Translations under genes and position numbers: made by a program
From: Candidatus Aenigmatarchaeota archaeon
GTDB lineage: Archaea; Aenigmatarchaeota; Aenigmatarchaeia; QMZP01; JAFGSV01
Assembly: GCA_016931255.1 (NCBI GenBank)
Contig: JAFGFG010000001.1
Span: 30,961-94,960 of the forward strand
Direction of reading: 5' to 3'
Length of the DNA stretch: 64,000 nucleotides
Part shown: positions 47,104-57,046 of the stretch, piece by piece
Position numbering within the stretch: position 1 is the first letter of the stretch
How the letters are laid out: each line of letters opens with the position of its first letter
The notes under the pieces: generated by a model
What the model was told of the DNA's origin: nothing
The model's database searches: none
Seen by the model: the letters and a program-made list of their open reading frames with translations, nothing else

Positions 47104-49089
47104 TTAATATGAAGCCTCTGCAGATGAGACGCCTTTAGATTTTTTTACTGTTGTTATGCTGTCTGCCGCATCCTCCATTGCAGTGTCATGCGTCACCACT
47201 ATCATCTGCGGGAGGACGCTGGTCTTTCTGAGAACTTCTATCAGGTCCTGCCTCCTCTGCTCGTCCAGGAATATAGTCGGTTCGTCAAGCATGACTGTCT
47301 CTGCACTTGTCCCTGCAAGCGTCCTTGCTATACCGAGCCTCAGCGCGAGTGCTGCTGCAACACGCTCTCCCCCGCTTATCATATCGGATGTCGTCTTCCC
47401 TCCGGGTCCGTAAAGCGTTATGTCGTAATCATCTGACAGTGAAATATCCGAATATTCGAAGTTGAACTCCCTGAAGAATTCCTGTATGTGCTTCTCTATC
47501 ACAGGCACCGAGCGTTTCCTGAGCTCCAGCTGAAGTCCTGACTTATCGAACAGCGACCTTATCTCATTCAGTATCCCTATGAACTCCACAAGACTGCTGT
47601 GCTCTTCCTTCCTTCTCGTGAGCAGTTCCATGTCCTTCTTAAGGCTGTTTTCAGTGTTCTCAAGCCCCTGAAGATTTCCTTCCTGCTTTCCGTATGCCTC
47701 CCTGAGCGCTGATACCTCTGACCTGAGTTCTTCCGAAGATTTCCTGATGGCAGCTGCGTCTTTTCCCGCGTTCTCAAGCCCTGATATCTTCTTTTCCAGC
47801 AACGCAAGCCCTGCTTTCAGTTCATTGATTTTCCCGGTGGATTCTTTCAATGAACCAAGGAACACATCTTTCCGGGAGAGTGTTATCCTCAGCTCATTAA
47901 GCCTCTTCTCCCTCGCCTCGTTCTTCAGCGCATCCGCTTTCAGTTTATCCATCTTCCCTGTCAGAGATGACCTCTCACAGGAATTCACATCAAGCTGCTT
48001 CTTTATGGCAGATGACTTCTCACGCTTTTCAGCGGACATCTTCCTCAGGTGTTCTTCATCGAGTGCGGAGCCGCACATGGGACATGTCTTCTTCTCAGCG
48101 AGGTCTTCTGCGCTGAACTCTTCCAGTTCTTCAAGCCTGCTCCTAAGTGAGCCTTCTGACACGTCGAGCCTGCTGAGCGATTTAGATATCTCAGCTGCTT
48201 TTCTTTCATGATCATTCTTCCAGCTTTCAGGGAAATTCTTCGAGATGGATGATTCCTCCTTCTCAGCTGCTGCAATGGAATCCAGATGCATCCTGCTGTC
48301 TGACATGCGCTGGCTCTCTGCATTAAGCCTTGACGCAATGTCCTCCTTTCTCACCATGAGGCCGTGGTAGGTCGTCTCATCAGCGGAAAGCCTAAGCAAG
48401 CCTGCCTCGGCCTTCTTCAGCTTCTCCCCGGTTGCTGAGATGCTTTTCTGTGTCTTCTTCATTCGTTCCCTGACTTCTTCAATGCCTGATTTTGCTTCCT
48501 CAAGCCGTTTCTCTGTCTCGCCTGACCTCATTATCTCTCCCTCTGCGAGTGTTTTCCTTTCCCTGTATATTTCTGTCAGTGAACGCATGCCTTCCCATAC
48601 CTTCTCAACAGACTCTATACCAAGAAGCCTTCCTATGATCTGCTTCTTTCTTGACGGTGTTTCCGTGAGCAGTTTCTCTATTTCCCCCTGCCTGACATAT
48701 ATGGCATTCATGAAGATGTGCCTGTCTATGCCCAGTATGGATGATATCTCTTCATCCACCCCGCTGTCGCCTGACCTCATCTCCTTCTCTGTGCCGTCAA
48801 TGATAAACAGATTCGAGTCCGTTGCGTTCTTAGTTCTCTTCCTGATGACCCTGTATGCCTTCCCGTGGCTCGTGAACACAACGCTGACTGACATCTCCTT
48901 CTGCCCCCTCCTGACAAGGTCTTCAAGGTTTCCGGAATACTCCTTGAAAAGCGCGAATGATATGGCTTCGAATATGCTGGTCTTTCCTGCGCCGTTCTGC
49001 CCGAGTATGACATTTATTCCCGGCCCGAATTTCACTTCCGTATCTGCGTGCGATTTGAAATTCCGGAGCCTCACCGAATTTATTATCAT
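47104..49089 (-). CDS. rad50: DNA double-strand break repair ATPase Rad50 (short coiled coil)
   Basis: GQNGAGKT, zinc hook CPMCG, SGGE, LDEPT, VTH. Confidence 0.93.
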   Translation of the reverse strand: MIINSVRLRNFKSHADTEVKFGPGINVILGQNGAGKTSIFEAISFALFKEYSGNLEDLVRRGQKEMSVSVVFTSHGKAYRVIRKRTKNATDSNLFIIDGTEKEMRSGDSGVDEEISSILGIDRHIFMNAIYVRQGEIEKLLTETPSRKKQIIGRLLGIESVEKVWEGMRSLTEIYRERKTLAEGEIMRSGETEKRLEEAKSGIEEVRERMKKTQKSISATGEKLKKAEAGLLRLSADETTYHGLMVRKEDIASRLNAESQRMSDSRMHLDSIAAAEKEESSISKNFPESWKNDHERKAAEISKSLSRLDVSEGSLRSRLEELEEFSAEDLAEKKTCPMCGSALDEEHLRKMSAEKREKSSAIKKQLDVNSCERSSLTGKMDKLKADALKNEAREKRLNELRITLSRKDVFLGSLKESTGKINELKAGLALLEKKISGLENAGKDAAAIRKSSEELRSEVSALREAYGKQEGNLQGLENTENSLKKDMELLTRRKEEHSSLVEFIGILNEIRSLFDKSGLQLELRKRSVPVIEKHIQEFFREFNFEYSDISLSDDYDITLYGPGGKTTSDMISGGERVAAALALRLGIARTLAGTSAETVMLDEPTIFLDEQRRQDLIEVLRKTSVLPQMIVVTHDTAMEDAADSITTVKKSKGVSSAEASY

Positions 49090-50216
49090 TTATTGCCTCC
49101 AAGCCTGCTGAGGAACTTCTCGGATTCCTCTATTGCAGCTTCTGTATTCCCTTCGGAGAGCATCCTGAAAATCGCTGATGCCAGCCTTGATTTTTCGTTC
49201 TTCCCCAGTATCTCGTCTATTATATCATCTATCTGGTTCGGACTGAATGAACGCTCTACTTTAAGGCCTTTGACAGTCTCTGCTGAATAGTTCATCCTTA
49301 ATGTGAGAACAGCGCCTGAAAGTTTCTCCTGGAGGATGTCATGGACTGCAGATTTCTCCAATGATCCTTCCTTCACATCGAGATACAGCATGGGCTTCCT
49401 GCTGAGCTGGCTGAGCCTTCCGAGAAGCTCTTCCGTAAACTTTTCAAGCGATCCTGAATCAGCCTTCTCCCTTAATATCTCCCTTTCAAGCGGTATGTCA
49501 ACATTCTGGACCGACGGTTCGTCCCCGTGCATGTCAACCAGCGTGAATCCCTTGCCTCTCCTCTTGTAATCGTCTATCTCATTCGCGCTCCATAGGTCTG
49601 CTGAGCCGGGATATACCAGCTTCCCCAGGCCGAAGTTCTCGGTTATGCGCGCGTGGATATGCCCCATCGCGTAGTAGCTGAAATTATTCGGGATGTCATC
49701 CATGCTTATCTCGTAGCCGTTCTTGAGATGCCTGTCTGTTCCCTGGTGCATCATCAGGATGGATTTCTTTTTGCCTGCTTTCTGCGAAACTATCTTCAGT
49801 TGCTCCTTCAGCATGGAATCCTGATGCTTCGGATAGTAAGGCACACCTCCGATGAAAAGGTCACTGTGCATGACGAACGGGTCTTCCTCAGTCAGGAGGC
49901 GAACGCCCATGTCCCTGAAAAGTACCTGAGGGGGCAGCGAGCCGCGCCTGAAGAGCATGTCATGGTTTCCTGTTATTGCATAAACCGGTATTCCCTTTTC
50001 CCTGAGCTTCGCGAAGCATCTCTGCGCCACCCAGAGCGCCCTTGGCGGAGGCTTGGGGACATCGAAGAGGTCTCCTGTATGCAGGACAAAGTCCGGTCGC
50101 TCCTCTATTATCTTCCTTACGGCGTTCTCGAATGCCCTGTAGAAATCCGTCTCCCTTTCATATATTCCGTACTGCCTGAAGCCGAGATGCGTGTCCGAAA
50201 AATGTACGAATTTCAT
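49086..50216 (-). CDS. mre11: DNA repair nuclease Mre11
   Basis: DTHLG, GDLFD, GNHD, GHIH, YPGS. Confidence 0.95.
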   Translation of the reverse strand: MKFVHFSDTHLGFRQYGIYERETDFYRAFENAVRKIIEERPDFVLHTGDLFDVPKPPPRALWVAQRCFAKLREKGIPVYAITGNHDMLFRRGSLPPQVLFRDMGVRLLTEEDPFVMHSDLFIGGVPYYPKHQDSMLKEQLKIVSQKAGKKKSILMMHQGTDRHLKNGYEISMDDIPNNFSYYAMGHIHARITENFGLGKLVYPGSADLWSANEIDDYKRRGKGFTLVDMHGDEPSVQNVDIPLEREILREKADSGSLEKFTEELLGRLSQLSRKPMLYLDVKEGSLEKSAVHDILQEKLSGAVLTLRMNYSAETVKGLKVERSFSPNQIDDIIDEILGKNEKSRLASAIFRMLSEGNTEAAIEESEKFLSRLGGNK

Positions 50217-50282
50217 GGTAAACACCGGAGTGTATTCATTTTGGATGCTGGATTTAATAATGACTGGGGGATAATTATTGTT

Positions 50283-50675
50283 ATGAAATTCGACCTCACC
50301 GTCATTATCGTGATCGTGCTGGCAGCTGTGGTATTCGCTGTCCCCGCCGGACTTTACGCGATGGAACAGCTTAAGGACAAGACACCTGTGATAACAGACT
50401 ACTGCAACGCCAGGGGATTCCTTGAGGTATACCCGTGCATAGACGGCTCGTTTCAGGCAATAAGGGAATCCTATTCAGAGGGGTTCAGAATAGTAAATCC
50501 GGATGGCACGGGATTCGACTGCCCGTTCACTCTTCCGCAGTATCAGGTTGGCGAATGCGCAGAATACACCACAGTGGGCATGTGCGGCTACATGGGAGAC
50601 ATATGCGCGAATGACAATGCATGCGTGTCAGACCTTGACTGCGCAGGAGAATGCATGAACTGGACGTGCGGTTAG
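50283..50675 (+). CDS. Membrane-anchored Cys-rich extracellular protein
   Basis: N-terminal TM, many Cys with CVSDLDC..C..C tail. Confidence 0.7.
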   Translation: MKFDLTVIIVIVLAAVVFAVPAGLYAMEQLKDKTPVITDYCNARGFLEVYPCIDGSFQAIRESYSEGFRIVNPDGTGFDCPFTLPQYQVGECAEYTTVGMCGYMGDICANDNACVSDLDCAGECMNWTCG

Positions 50676-51187
50676 TTTAGCTTGGACTCGCCTCTGTCAA
50701 GTGCTGATGCCATTTCCGGATTGGTATTGCCGTTTTCAGAATCCCGTATTTTTTTCCTGTATTCGTTTGGGTCGAATCCCCTCATTTTCTGGATGCCGGC
50801 GCAGACAGTCTCGAAAAGCTTTGCCCCGATTGAATGGTCGGCATTCGCTGAAGCGTCTTTTTCTTTGCATTCGACACCGAGATCGAATGCTTTTTTTTCG
50901 AAATCACCGATGTAAATACTCACCTTGCTTTCAAGTATCATGTTTTCATCATCAGTGCCGTTGAAATATGACTTGTCTTCTCCGTTCGTAAACGGTATCT
51001 GGAAGCGCCCGAAACCGAAATTCCTGATGAGCGTGTTGTCAAGCCCCTTTTTACCCAGCTCACGCATCCTGTCGTCACCGTTGAATTCCATGTCAATCGC
51101 GTTGTATGCGCGGAAGAATGACTCGACATATGAATTGATGTCAACATCTGAAAAAGTTGTGCTTCTGGGCATGCTGTATTTTCCCAT
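50672..51187 (-). CDS. Hypothetical protein
   Basis: ORF starting MGKYS. Confidence 0.5.
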   Translation of the reverse strand: MGKYSMPRSTTFSDVDINSYVESFFRAYNAIDMEFNGDDRMRELGKKGLDNTLIRNFGFGRFQIPFTNGEDKSYFNGTDDENMILESKVSIYIGDFEKKAFDLGVECKEKDASANADHSIGAKLFETVCAGIQKMRGFDPNEYRKKIRDSENGNTNPEMASALDRGESKLN

Positions 51188-51274
51188 AACAATTATATGT
51201 CCGAAAAACATTTAAGGAGATATAAAGATGATTCTTGCGCTCAATGTTAAATTACTTTCTGTTAAAAAGATATC

Positions 51275-51781
51275 ATGAAGGCAAACATTGTCAACATGCA
51301 ATTCTATGCGCTCCTTTTCGCGGTGCCGCTCGTCATAGGCAACAGCATAAGCTCTGATATCAGGCAGAGGGACGCCGAGGAAACGGGAATACCTGATGCG
51401 CATGAGATTGCCTACCCGAAGCTCGATTCACATGCGGTGTCTCCTGAAGACATACCGAAACGATTCCACGGATATATTGAGCTGATGGATGTCGATTCAG
51501 ATGGTGACTTCGAAAGCTTCTACGTCTGGAAGAACCCAGACGGCCGCAATGTCAGGCTCCCTCTCATCAAGAACGGGAACAGCATGGCCTTTCCGACGGT
51601 TTCAAAGCGCTCGCTCACGCCAATCGAGATACCCAGAGGATTAGAGAAAAGCACGTATTTCATGGACATCGACATGGACGGGGACAATGACGCTGTCCTC
51701 ATTGAATACGGAAGCAACGGAGCTGTTGTATTTCCCCTTACAAAGAAGGGCGATGAGCCTCCTAGAACCTACATGATATGA
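51275..51781 (+). CDS. Secreted protein with two DxDxDG Ca-binding repeats
   Basis: Internal repeat IP..F/L....MDVDSDGD / MDIDMDGD...PL.K.G. Confidence 0.6.
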   Translation: MKANIVNMQFYALLFAVPLVIGNSISSDIRQRDAEETGIPDAHEIAYPKLDSHAVSPEDIPKRFHGYIELMDVDSDGDFESFYVWKNPDGRNVRLPLIKNGNSMAFPTVSKRSLTPIEIPRGLEKSTYFMDIDMDGDNDAVLIEYGSNGAVVFPLTKKGDEPPRTYMI

Positions 51782-51816
51782 TTTCTCAGTCCGCAATGCC
51801 TGAAAGCTTTTAAGGA

Positions 51817-51838
51817 ATAATGAACATATGTCCATTAT
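51817..51838. promoter_or_regulatory. Palindromic operator before the DUF134 gene
   Basis: ATAATGAACATATGTCCATTAT immediately before ATG, after TTTTAA. Confidence 0.75.
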
Positions 51839-52288
51839 ATGGCAAGACCCAAAAAAACGAGGATGATTCACAGCGAACCCGAGATAACATACTTCAAGCC
51901 GGCAAGGGTAGCCCTCAGGGACCTTCGCGAGAATTCCCTCACACTGGAAGAAATCGAGGCAGTCAGGCTGAAGGACCTCGACGGTCTCGACCAGGAGGAA
52001 TGCGCGAAAAGGATGAATGTCTCCAGAACAACGTTTCACAGGGTTCTCGGATTGTCAAGAAAGAAGATCGCTGATGCCCTTCTGAACGGAAAGGCTCTCA
52101 GGATAGGCGGAGGCGACTACATGCTCGGAAGGGGAGAGAAGGGCGGCAGGGGATTCGGTCCCGGAGGCGAATGCGTCTGCCCCGAATGCGGTCGGAAGGT
52201 TCCCCATGACAGGGGCATTCCTTGTTTCGAGTACAAATGTCCTGACTGCGGCACACAGATGACGAGGACTTCTCCGGATAAAGGATGA
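51839..52288 (+). CDS. DUF134 (UPF0251) HTH regulator with C-terminal Zn/Fe finger
   Basis: MARP, FKP, EEIEAVRLKD, MNVSRTTF, CVCPECG...CPDCG. Confidence 0.92.
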   Translation: MARPKKTRMIHSEPEITYFKPARVALRDLRENSLTLEEIEAVRLKDLDGLDQEECAKRMNVSRTTFHRVLGLSRKKIADALLNGKALRIGGGDYMLGRGEKGGRGFGPGGECVCPECGRKVPHDRGIPCFEYKCPDCGTQMTRTSPDKG

Positions 52289-52716
52289 CAGCCATGAACA
52301 ATGAAGTGACTGATGCTTTCGGGAAGTCCGGAAAATCACTCTGCAACAGCCTTCCTGTACTTGCAGGGGCTGTGCTTCTCGTAGGACTCGCCAGCTCACT
52401 TGTGCCCCATACATTCTACAGCAGCATCTTCAGCCATAATCCGCTGATAGACTCCCTTATAGGAAGCACTGCAGGAAGTTTCCTTGCGGGAAATCCTCTG
52501 ACCAGCTATGTTCTCGGGGGCGAGATGCTCAGCCAGGGCGTAAGCCTTCTTGCAGTCACGTCTTTCCTTGTCGCGTGGGTTACGGTTGGGATGGTGCAGC
52601 TTCCTGCTGAATCCATACTTCTTGGACGGAGGTTTGCTGTCCTGAGGAACATTCTGAGCTTTGTGTTCTCCATCCTTGTTGCATTCACGACTGTTTACAT
52701 AACGGGGTTGTTATGA
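52285..52716 (+). CDS. Predicted permease, half-size subunit
   Basis: GNPLTSY..G, AWVTVGMVQLPAE, RN motifs. Confidence 0.8.
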   Translation: MTAMNNEVTDAFGKSGKSLCNSLPVLAGAVLLVGLASSLVPHTFYSSIFSHNPLIDSLIGSTAGSFLAGNPLTSYVLGGEMLSQGVSLLAVTSFLVAWVTVGMVQLPAESILLGRRFAVLRNILSFVFSILVAFTTVYITGLL

Positions 52717-53219
52717 TGGGCGAAAACAGCCACAAAAGCGTGTATTTCCTTATTTCTGTTGTTGCACTTTATTTTCTGACAGCTGTATTCAGGTGGGATG
52801 CGGTTGTGCAATCTCTCGTCTTCTCCTATAACATCGCGCTCAATGTGATTCCTGTATTCGCAGCCATCTTCCTTATAATGGCCGGGTTCAATTACTTCAT
52901 ATCGCCGCAGAGCGTGAAGAAGCACATAGGGCGTTCATCAGGCATCAGGAGATGGGTTTTCGCTGTTGCCGGAGGCATAATATCCACAGGCCCGATTTAC
53001 ATGTGGTATCCAATGCTCAAGGACCTGAAGAAGCACGGGGTCAGCTACGGTTTCATCGCAGCATTCCTGTACAACAGGGCAGTCAAGATACCCCTCCTGC
53101 CTCTTATAATAGTCTATTTTGGCCTGAAATACACGATTGTGCTCACAGCCGTGATGATTGCAGCTTCCCTTGCGCAGGGCATCATTTTTGAAGCACTTGA
53201 AGGAGGTGAATTCATATGA
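52713..53219 (+). CDS. Predicted permease, second half-size subunit
   Basis: GPIYMWYP, FLYNRAVKIP. Confidence 0.8.
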   Translation: MMGENSHKSVYFLISVVALYFLTAVFRWDAVVQSLVFSYNIALNVIPVFAAIFLIMAGFNYFISPQSVKKHIGRSSGIRRWVFAVAGGIISTGPIYMWYPMLKDLKKHGVSYGFIAAFLYNRAVKIPLLPLIIVYFGLKYTIVLTAVMIAASLAQGIIFEALEGGEFI

Positions 53220-53524
53220 TAAAAGCTGTCTGCTCAAAAGGAAAGGACATAACATCGGAAGTCAGCGAAGTCGGCGCAAGGGCTGCTTATTTCCTGATAT
53301 TCGACGACAAAAAGCTCGTCAATGCCATAAAGAACCCGTTCAGCTCAGGAGGTGGAGGTGCTGGTTACAGCGCTGCTGAGATGCTTTCTGACGAAGGGGT
53401 GAAGATGGTCATCAGCGGAAAAGTCGGACCGAATATGGTCACTGCGCTGAAGGACAAAGGCATGACGTACAGAGAGGTCCATGGAGTCAGTGCTGAAAAA
53501 GCTGCAGAAATACTATTAGACTGA
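53216..53524 (+). CDS. NifB/NifX family (FeMo-cofactor-binding fold) protein
   Basis: RAAYFLI, NP, GGAG, GKVGPN. Confidence 0.88.
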   Translation: MIKAVCSKGKDITSEVSEVGARAAYFLIFDDKKLVNAIKNPFSSGGGGAGYSAAEMLSDEGVKMVISGKVGPNMVTALKDKGMTYREVHGVSAEKAAEILLD

Positions 53525-53544
53525 TGGAAGTTTTATAAACTATT

Positions 53545-53560
53545 ATGAACATATGTTCAT
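53545..53560. promoter_or_regulatory. Second copy of the DUF134-associated operator
   Basis: Perfect palindrome ATGAACATATGTTCAT just downstream of TTTTATAAA. Confidence 0.8.
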
Positions 53561-53588
53561 TATGTTTAATGTAAAGGGGGTGTAAATT

Positions 53589-53912
53589 ATGCCAGGAGGA
53601 AATGGAACAGGTCCAGCAGGAATGGGCCGAATGACAGGAAGAGGAATGGGTTACTGCAATGGTTTTCAGGCTCCGGGATTCGCTAGTGCGGGTTTTGGAA
53701 GAGGCCGGGGAAACAGATTTTGGGCAAGAAACACAGGACTTCCGGGATGGCAAAGAGCCAATGATTACCAAGCATATCCCGTAGTACAGCCAACAAAAGA
53801 ACAGGAAATTCAGTACCTTGAAGAAGAAAAAGAAATGCTAAAACAGGAACTTGAGTCAATCAAGCAGAGTATAAAATCAATAGAAAGCAAAATGATGGAA
53901 ATCAAAAAATAA
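53589..53912 (+). CDS. DUF5320 family protein
   Basis: MPGGNGTGP.GMG.MTGRG.GYC, Gly/Arg-rich, C-terminal coiled coil. Confidence 0.88.
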   Translation: MPGGNGTGPAGMGRMTGRGMGYCNGFQAPGFASAGFGRGRGNRFWARNTGLPGWQRANDYQAYPVVQPTKEQEIQYLEEEKEMLKQELESIKQSIKSIESKMMEIKK

Positions 53913-53929
53913 GAGAAAGGGGTAGTAAC

Positions 53930-54388
53930 ATGAAGATAGCAGTAAGTTCGACAGGTCAGGGACTAAAAAGCCAGTCAAGTCAGGTTTTCGGAAGATGTCC
54001 TTGGTTTGTCATAGTAGAAACCGACGGAAAGAAGATAATAGCTCATAAGGATGTTCAGAATAATGCAGCGATACAGGCTGCCGGTGCAGGAATAGCATCA
54101 GCGCAGTTAGTAGGAAATGAAGGTGCTACAGTCGTCATATCAGGCGCTGTTGGTCCCAGAGCATTCAGCGTTTTTCAGCAAGTCGGAATAGAAGCCTATC
54201 TGGGAACCGGAGGAACCGTTGAAGAGAATGTAATGCTTTTCATTAGCGGAAAACTTTCCAAAATAAACACTCCGGGAGTGATGGGCACAGGAATGGGAGG
54301 AGGCTTTAATTCTGGTACAGGCCGAGGCATGGGATTAGGCCGAGGCGGAGGATTTGGAGCAGGAAGAGGAATGGGGAGACGGCAATAA
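53930..54388 (+). CDS. NifB/NifX family protein with Gly-rich tail
   Basis: MKIAVSS, FGRCPWF, GAG, GPRA. Confidence 0.9.
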   Translation: MKIAVSSTGQGLKSQSSQVFGRCPWFVIVETDGKKIIAHKDVQNNAAIQAAGAGIASAQLVGNEGATVVISGAVGPRAFSVFQQVGIEAYLGTGGTVEENVMLFISGKLSKINTPGVMGTGMGGGFNSGTGRGMGLGRGGGFGAGRGMGRRQ

Positions 54389-54413
54389 TCTGCATCCATA
54401 AGGATTGATATGA

Positions 54414-54743
54414 ATGAAAATTGCAATACCACTAGTAGAAAATAATGGAATAGAATCAAGGATACATCCGCATTTCGGTCACATCCAGTTCATAGGTGTT
54501 TACAATTCATCGGACAAAAAATTTGAGATAGTTGATGTAAAACCCACTGATGGATGTTCTCCTGTAGCAGCAATTGAAAATCTCAAGGTAGATGCCATAT
54601 ACACATTCGGTATGGGCAGCAGGGCTATCGAACTTTGCAAAAGAATGAAAATAAAACTCAAAACAGGCACATTCACAACAGTTAAAGAAGTCTCTGAAAA
54701 TCTCGATAAACTGAACGACCTTGAAGAAAGTTGCGGACACTGA
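54414..54743 (+). CDS. NifB/NifX family protein
   Basis: MKIAIP, HFG, GMG.RA, C-terminal CGH. Confidence 0.88.
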   Translation: MKIAIPLVENNGIESRIHPHFGHIQFIGVYNSSDKKFEIVDVKPTDGCSPVAAIENLKVDAIYTFGMGSRAIELCKRMKIKLKTGTFTTVKEVSENLDKLNDLEESCGH

Positions 54744-54777
54744 AATTATCCATATACGGAAATGCAGTAAAATGTGT

Positions 54778-55611
54778 ATGAAGATAGTTGTAACAGGAGG
54801 TAAAGGTGGGACTGGAAAGTCAACTGTAGCCACTGCATTATCATCAGAGCTTTCAAGTAAAGGAAAGGTACTGCTCTTTGATGCGGATGTAGACTGCCCG
54901 AATGACCATCTCATACTTTCTACAAAAATAAAGAAAATAAAGACAGTGACTCAGGTCATTCCAAAATGGGATTTCAGCAAATGTGTGAAATGCGGTAGAT
55001 GTTCCGAAGTCTGCAAGACCAGTTCAATTGTTCAGATAAAGGAAAAGTATCCCATATTTGTTCCAGAACAGTGCAGCGGCTGTAAAGCTTGTATGATAGC
55101 GTGTCCGACCGGTGCCATAGGAAAAACACATAAAGACATAGGTGTAGTATACGAAGGCAAGAACGGTAATGTTGACATGATAAGCGGGGAACTCAAACCA
55201 GGTGAACCGGTCTCAGAATTTGTCGTCACTGCAGCAAAGGACATTGTAAATGAAAAAAGCAAAGATTATGACTTCATATTAACTGATACAGCCGCTGGTA
55301 CACATTGTGATGTCATAACAGCACTTCTTGATAACGACATTGCACTTGCAGTTACTGAGCCCACTCCACTAGGTGCCCATGATCTGGAACTAATACTGAA
55401 ACTCTCAAAAATACTTGAAGTACCTGTAAAGATAGTGCTCAACCGATCTGATATAGGTGACGCATCTCTTATTGAAGAAATAGCCGAGAAGTACGAGACT
55501 GAGATAATATCAAGAATACCTTACAGTAAAGCCATACTTGAGAGTTATTCGAATGGTGATGCCATAAAAAATATTCATATAGAAAAACTAGCCAGAGATG
55601 TGATGAGATGA
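54778..55611 (+). CDS. MinD-superfamily P-loop ATPase with inserted 4Fe-4S ferredoxin (COG1149)
   Basis: GGKGGTGKS, DADVDCPN, CxxCxxCxxxC x2, GTHC, VTEPT. Confidence 0.92.
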   Translation: MKIVVTGGKGGTGKSTVATALSSELSSKGKVLLFDADVDCPNDHLILSTKIKKIKTVTQVIPKWDFSKCVKCGRCSEVCKTSSIVQIKEKYPIFVPEQCSGCKACMIACPTGAIGKTHKDIGVVYEGKNGNVDMISGELKPGEPVSEFVVTAAKDIVNEKSKDYDFILTDTAAGTHCDVITALLDNDIALAVTEPTPLGAHDLELILKLSKILEVPVKIVLNRSDIGDASLIEEIAEKYETEIISRIPYSKAILESYSNGDAIKNIHIEKLARDVMR

Positions 55612-56267
55612 AGATTACAGTAATTTATGATAACAATGCAAAAGACGGTCTTAAGTCCGGATGGGGATTTTCATGTCTGATAGAGAGTGACAAAAACATA
55701 CTTTTCGATTGTGGAGACAATGAGAAATCACTTCTTTATAACATTAAAAAGCTGGCGATTGACCTGAAAACAATTGACATGATTATATTATCCCATGAAC
55801 ACTGGGATCATACAGGAGGGCTGGCTGATATACTAAAATCAGCAGAAAATGTAACAGTGGTCCTTCCAAAATCATTTTCAGATGAAATGAAAGTTGCAAT
55901 AAGTAAACATGCAAAAATCATAGAAATTACTGAATGCCGGGAATTATCTGAAGATGTTTTCAGTATAGGTGAATTGAATGGTCACGGGCAGCCAAATGAA
56001 CAGGCACTGGCACTAAAAACTTCTAAAGGTGTTATGGTCATAACAGGGTGTGCTCATCCAGGGATTTCTGAAATACTCAAAGAGGCTGAAAAGCATGGAA
56101 AAATATACGGAATATTGGGTGGTTTTCACGACTTCTCTGATTTTGATGTGCTTGAAGGAATTGAACTTCTGGCACCATGCCACTGTACGAAACATCTCAA
56201 GGAAATACAGGATACTTATCCGGAAAATTACAGAAAAATCAATGCGGGGAGTGTGATTGAATTATGA
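55608..56267 (+). CDS. Metallo-beta-lactamase fold hydrolase (COG1237)
   Basis: WGFS, SHEHWDHTGG, GCAHPG, GGFH, HCT. Confidence 0.9.
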   Translation: MKITVIYDNNAKDGLKSGWGFSCLIESDKNILFDCGDNEKSLLYNIKKLAIDLKTIDMIILSHEHWDHTGGLADILKSAENVTVVLPKSFSDEMKVAISKHAKIIEITECRELSEDVFSIGELNGHGQPNEQALALKTSKGVMVITGCAHPGISEILKEAEKHGKIYGILGGFHDFSDFDVLEGIELLAPCHCTKHLKEIQDTYPENYRKINAGSVIEL

Positions 56268-57046
56268 AGACTGTTTATGGCCCCGTGCCTTCAAGAAGGC
56301 TTGGTATTTCACTTGGAATTGACCCAGTGTGTGCTACAAAAGGCAATCGTATTTGCAGCTTCGATTGCACATACTGCCAATTACATACAATGGGACCAGT
56401 CAGCCATACCACAATCAGAAAAGTATTCGTAAAAACAGAAGATGTGGAAAATGATTTGAAAGAAGCACTTAAACACACATCGCCGGATATCATAACAATA
56501 TCAGGAAGTTCTGAACCTACGCTTGCACTCAATCTGGGAGAAATCATAAAATCAGTAAAAATAATTACTGAGCTTCCTGTAGCGATTCTGACAAACTCTT
56601 CATTACTTTCGAAAGAGAATGTCCGGAAAGATTTGTACAAACTGGACCATGTAATTGCAAAACTCGACGCGTCTGAGTTCGATATTTTCAAAAAAATTAA
56701 CCGCCCTGCTGATGGAATAAGACTTGGGGAAATCATAAACTCGCTCAGATTATTCAGAAGTGAATATCAAGGTAAGATGTCGCTTCAGATGATGTTCATA
56801 GAAGATAATATTAGTCAGGCAAAGTCCCTGGCAGATCTTGCAGTAAGCATAAAACCAGACGAAGTGCAGATTGATACTCCACTGAGATATTCACCTGTTG
56901 CTCCTCTTCCAAAAGATACGCTCGATGAAATAAGACAAATTTTCACGAAAAGCGGTCTTAACGCAATTTCAATATATGATATGAAAAAGCCTGATACAAA
57001 GCCTGTAAACATGAAGGAAACATTATTGAGGAGACCGGAACTATGA
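56264..57046 (+). CDS. Radical SAM protein (COG0731-type)
   Basis: YGPVPSRRLG.SLG, CSFDCTYCQ, EPTL, LTNSS, KLDA. Confidence 0.9.
   Translation: MKTVYGPVPSRRLGISLGIDPVCATKGNRICSFDCTYCQLHTMGPVSHTTIRKVFVKTEDVENDLKEALKHTSPDIITISGSSEPTLALNLGEIIKSVKIITELPVAILTNSSLLSKENVRKDLYKLDHVIAKLDASEFDIFKKINRPADGIRLGEIINSLRLFRSEYQGKMSLQMMFIEDNISQAKSLADLAVSIKPDEVQIDTPLRYSPVAPLPKDTLDEIRQIFTKSGLNAISIYDMKKPDTKPVNMKETLLRRPEL

Noticed and set aside
49653..50282. N-terminal 210 aa of ORF 49653..50675
   Set aside because: Overlaps mre11 on the opposite strand; the real gene starts at ATG 50283.
53216..54743. Nitrogen fixation genes
   Set aside because: NifB/NifX-fold proteins in this cluster type occur widely in non-diazotrophs; there is no nifHDK here.
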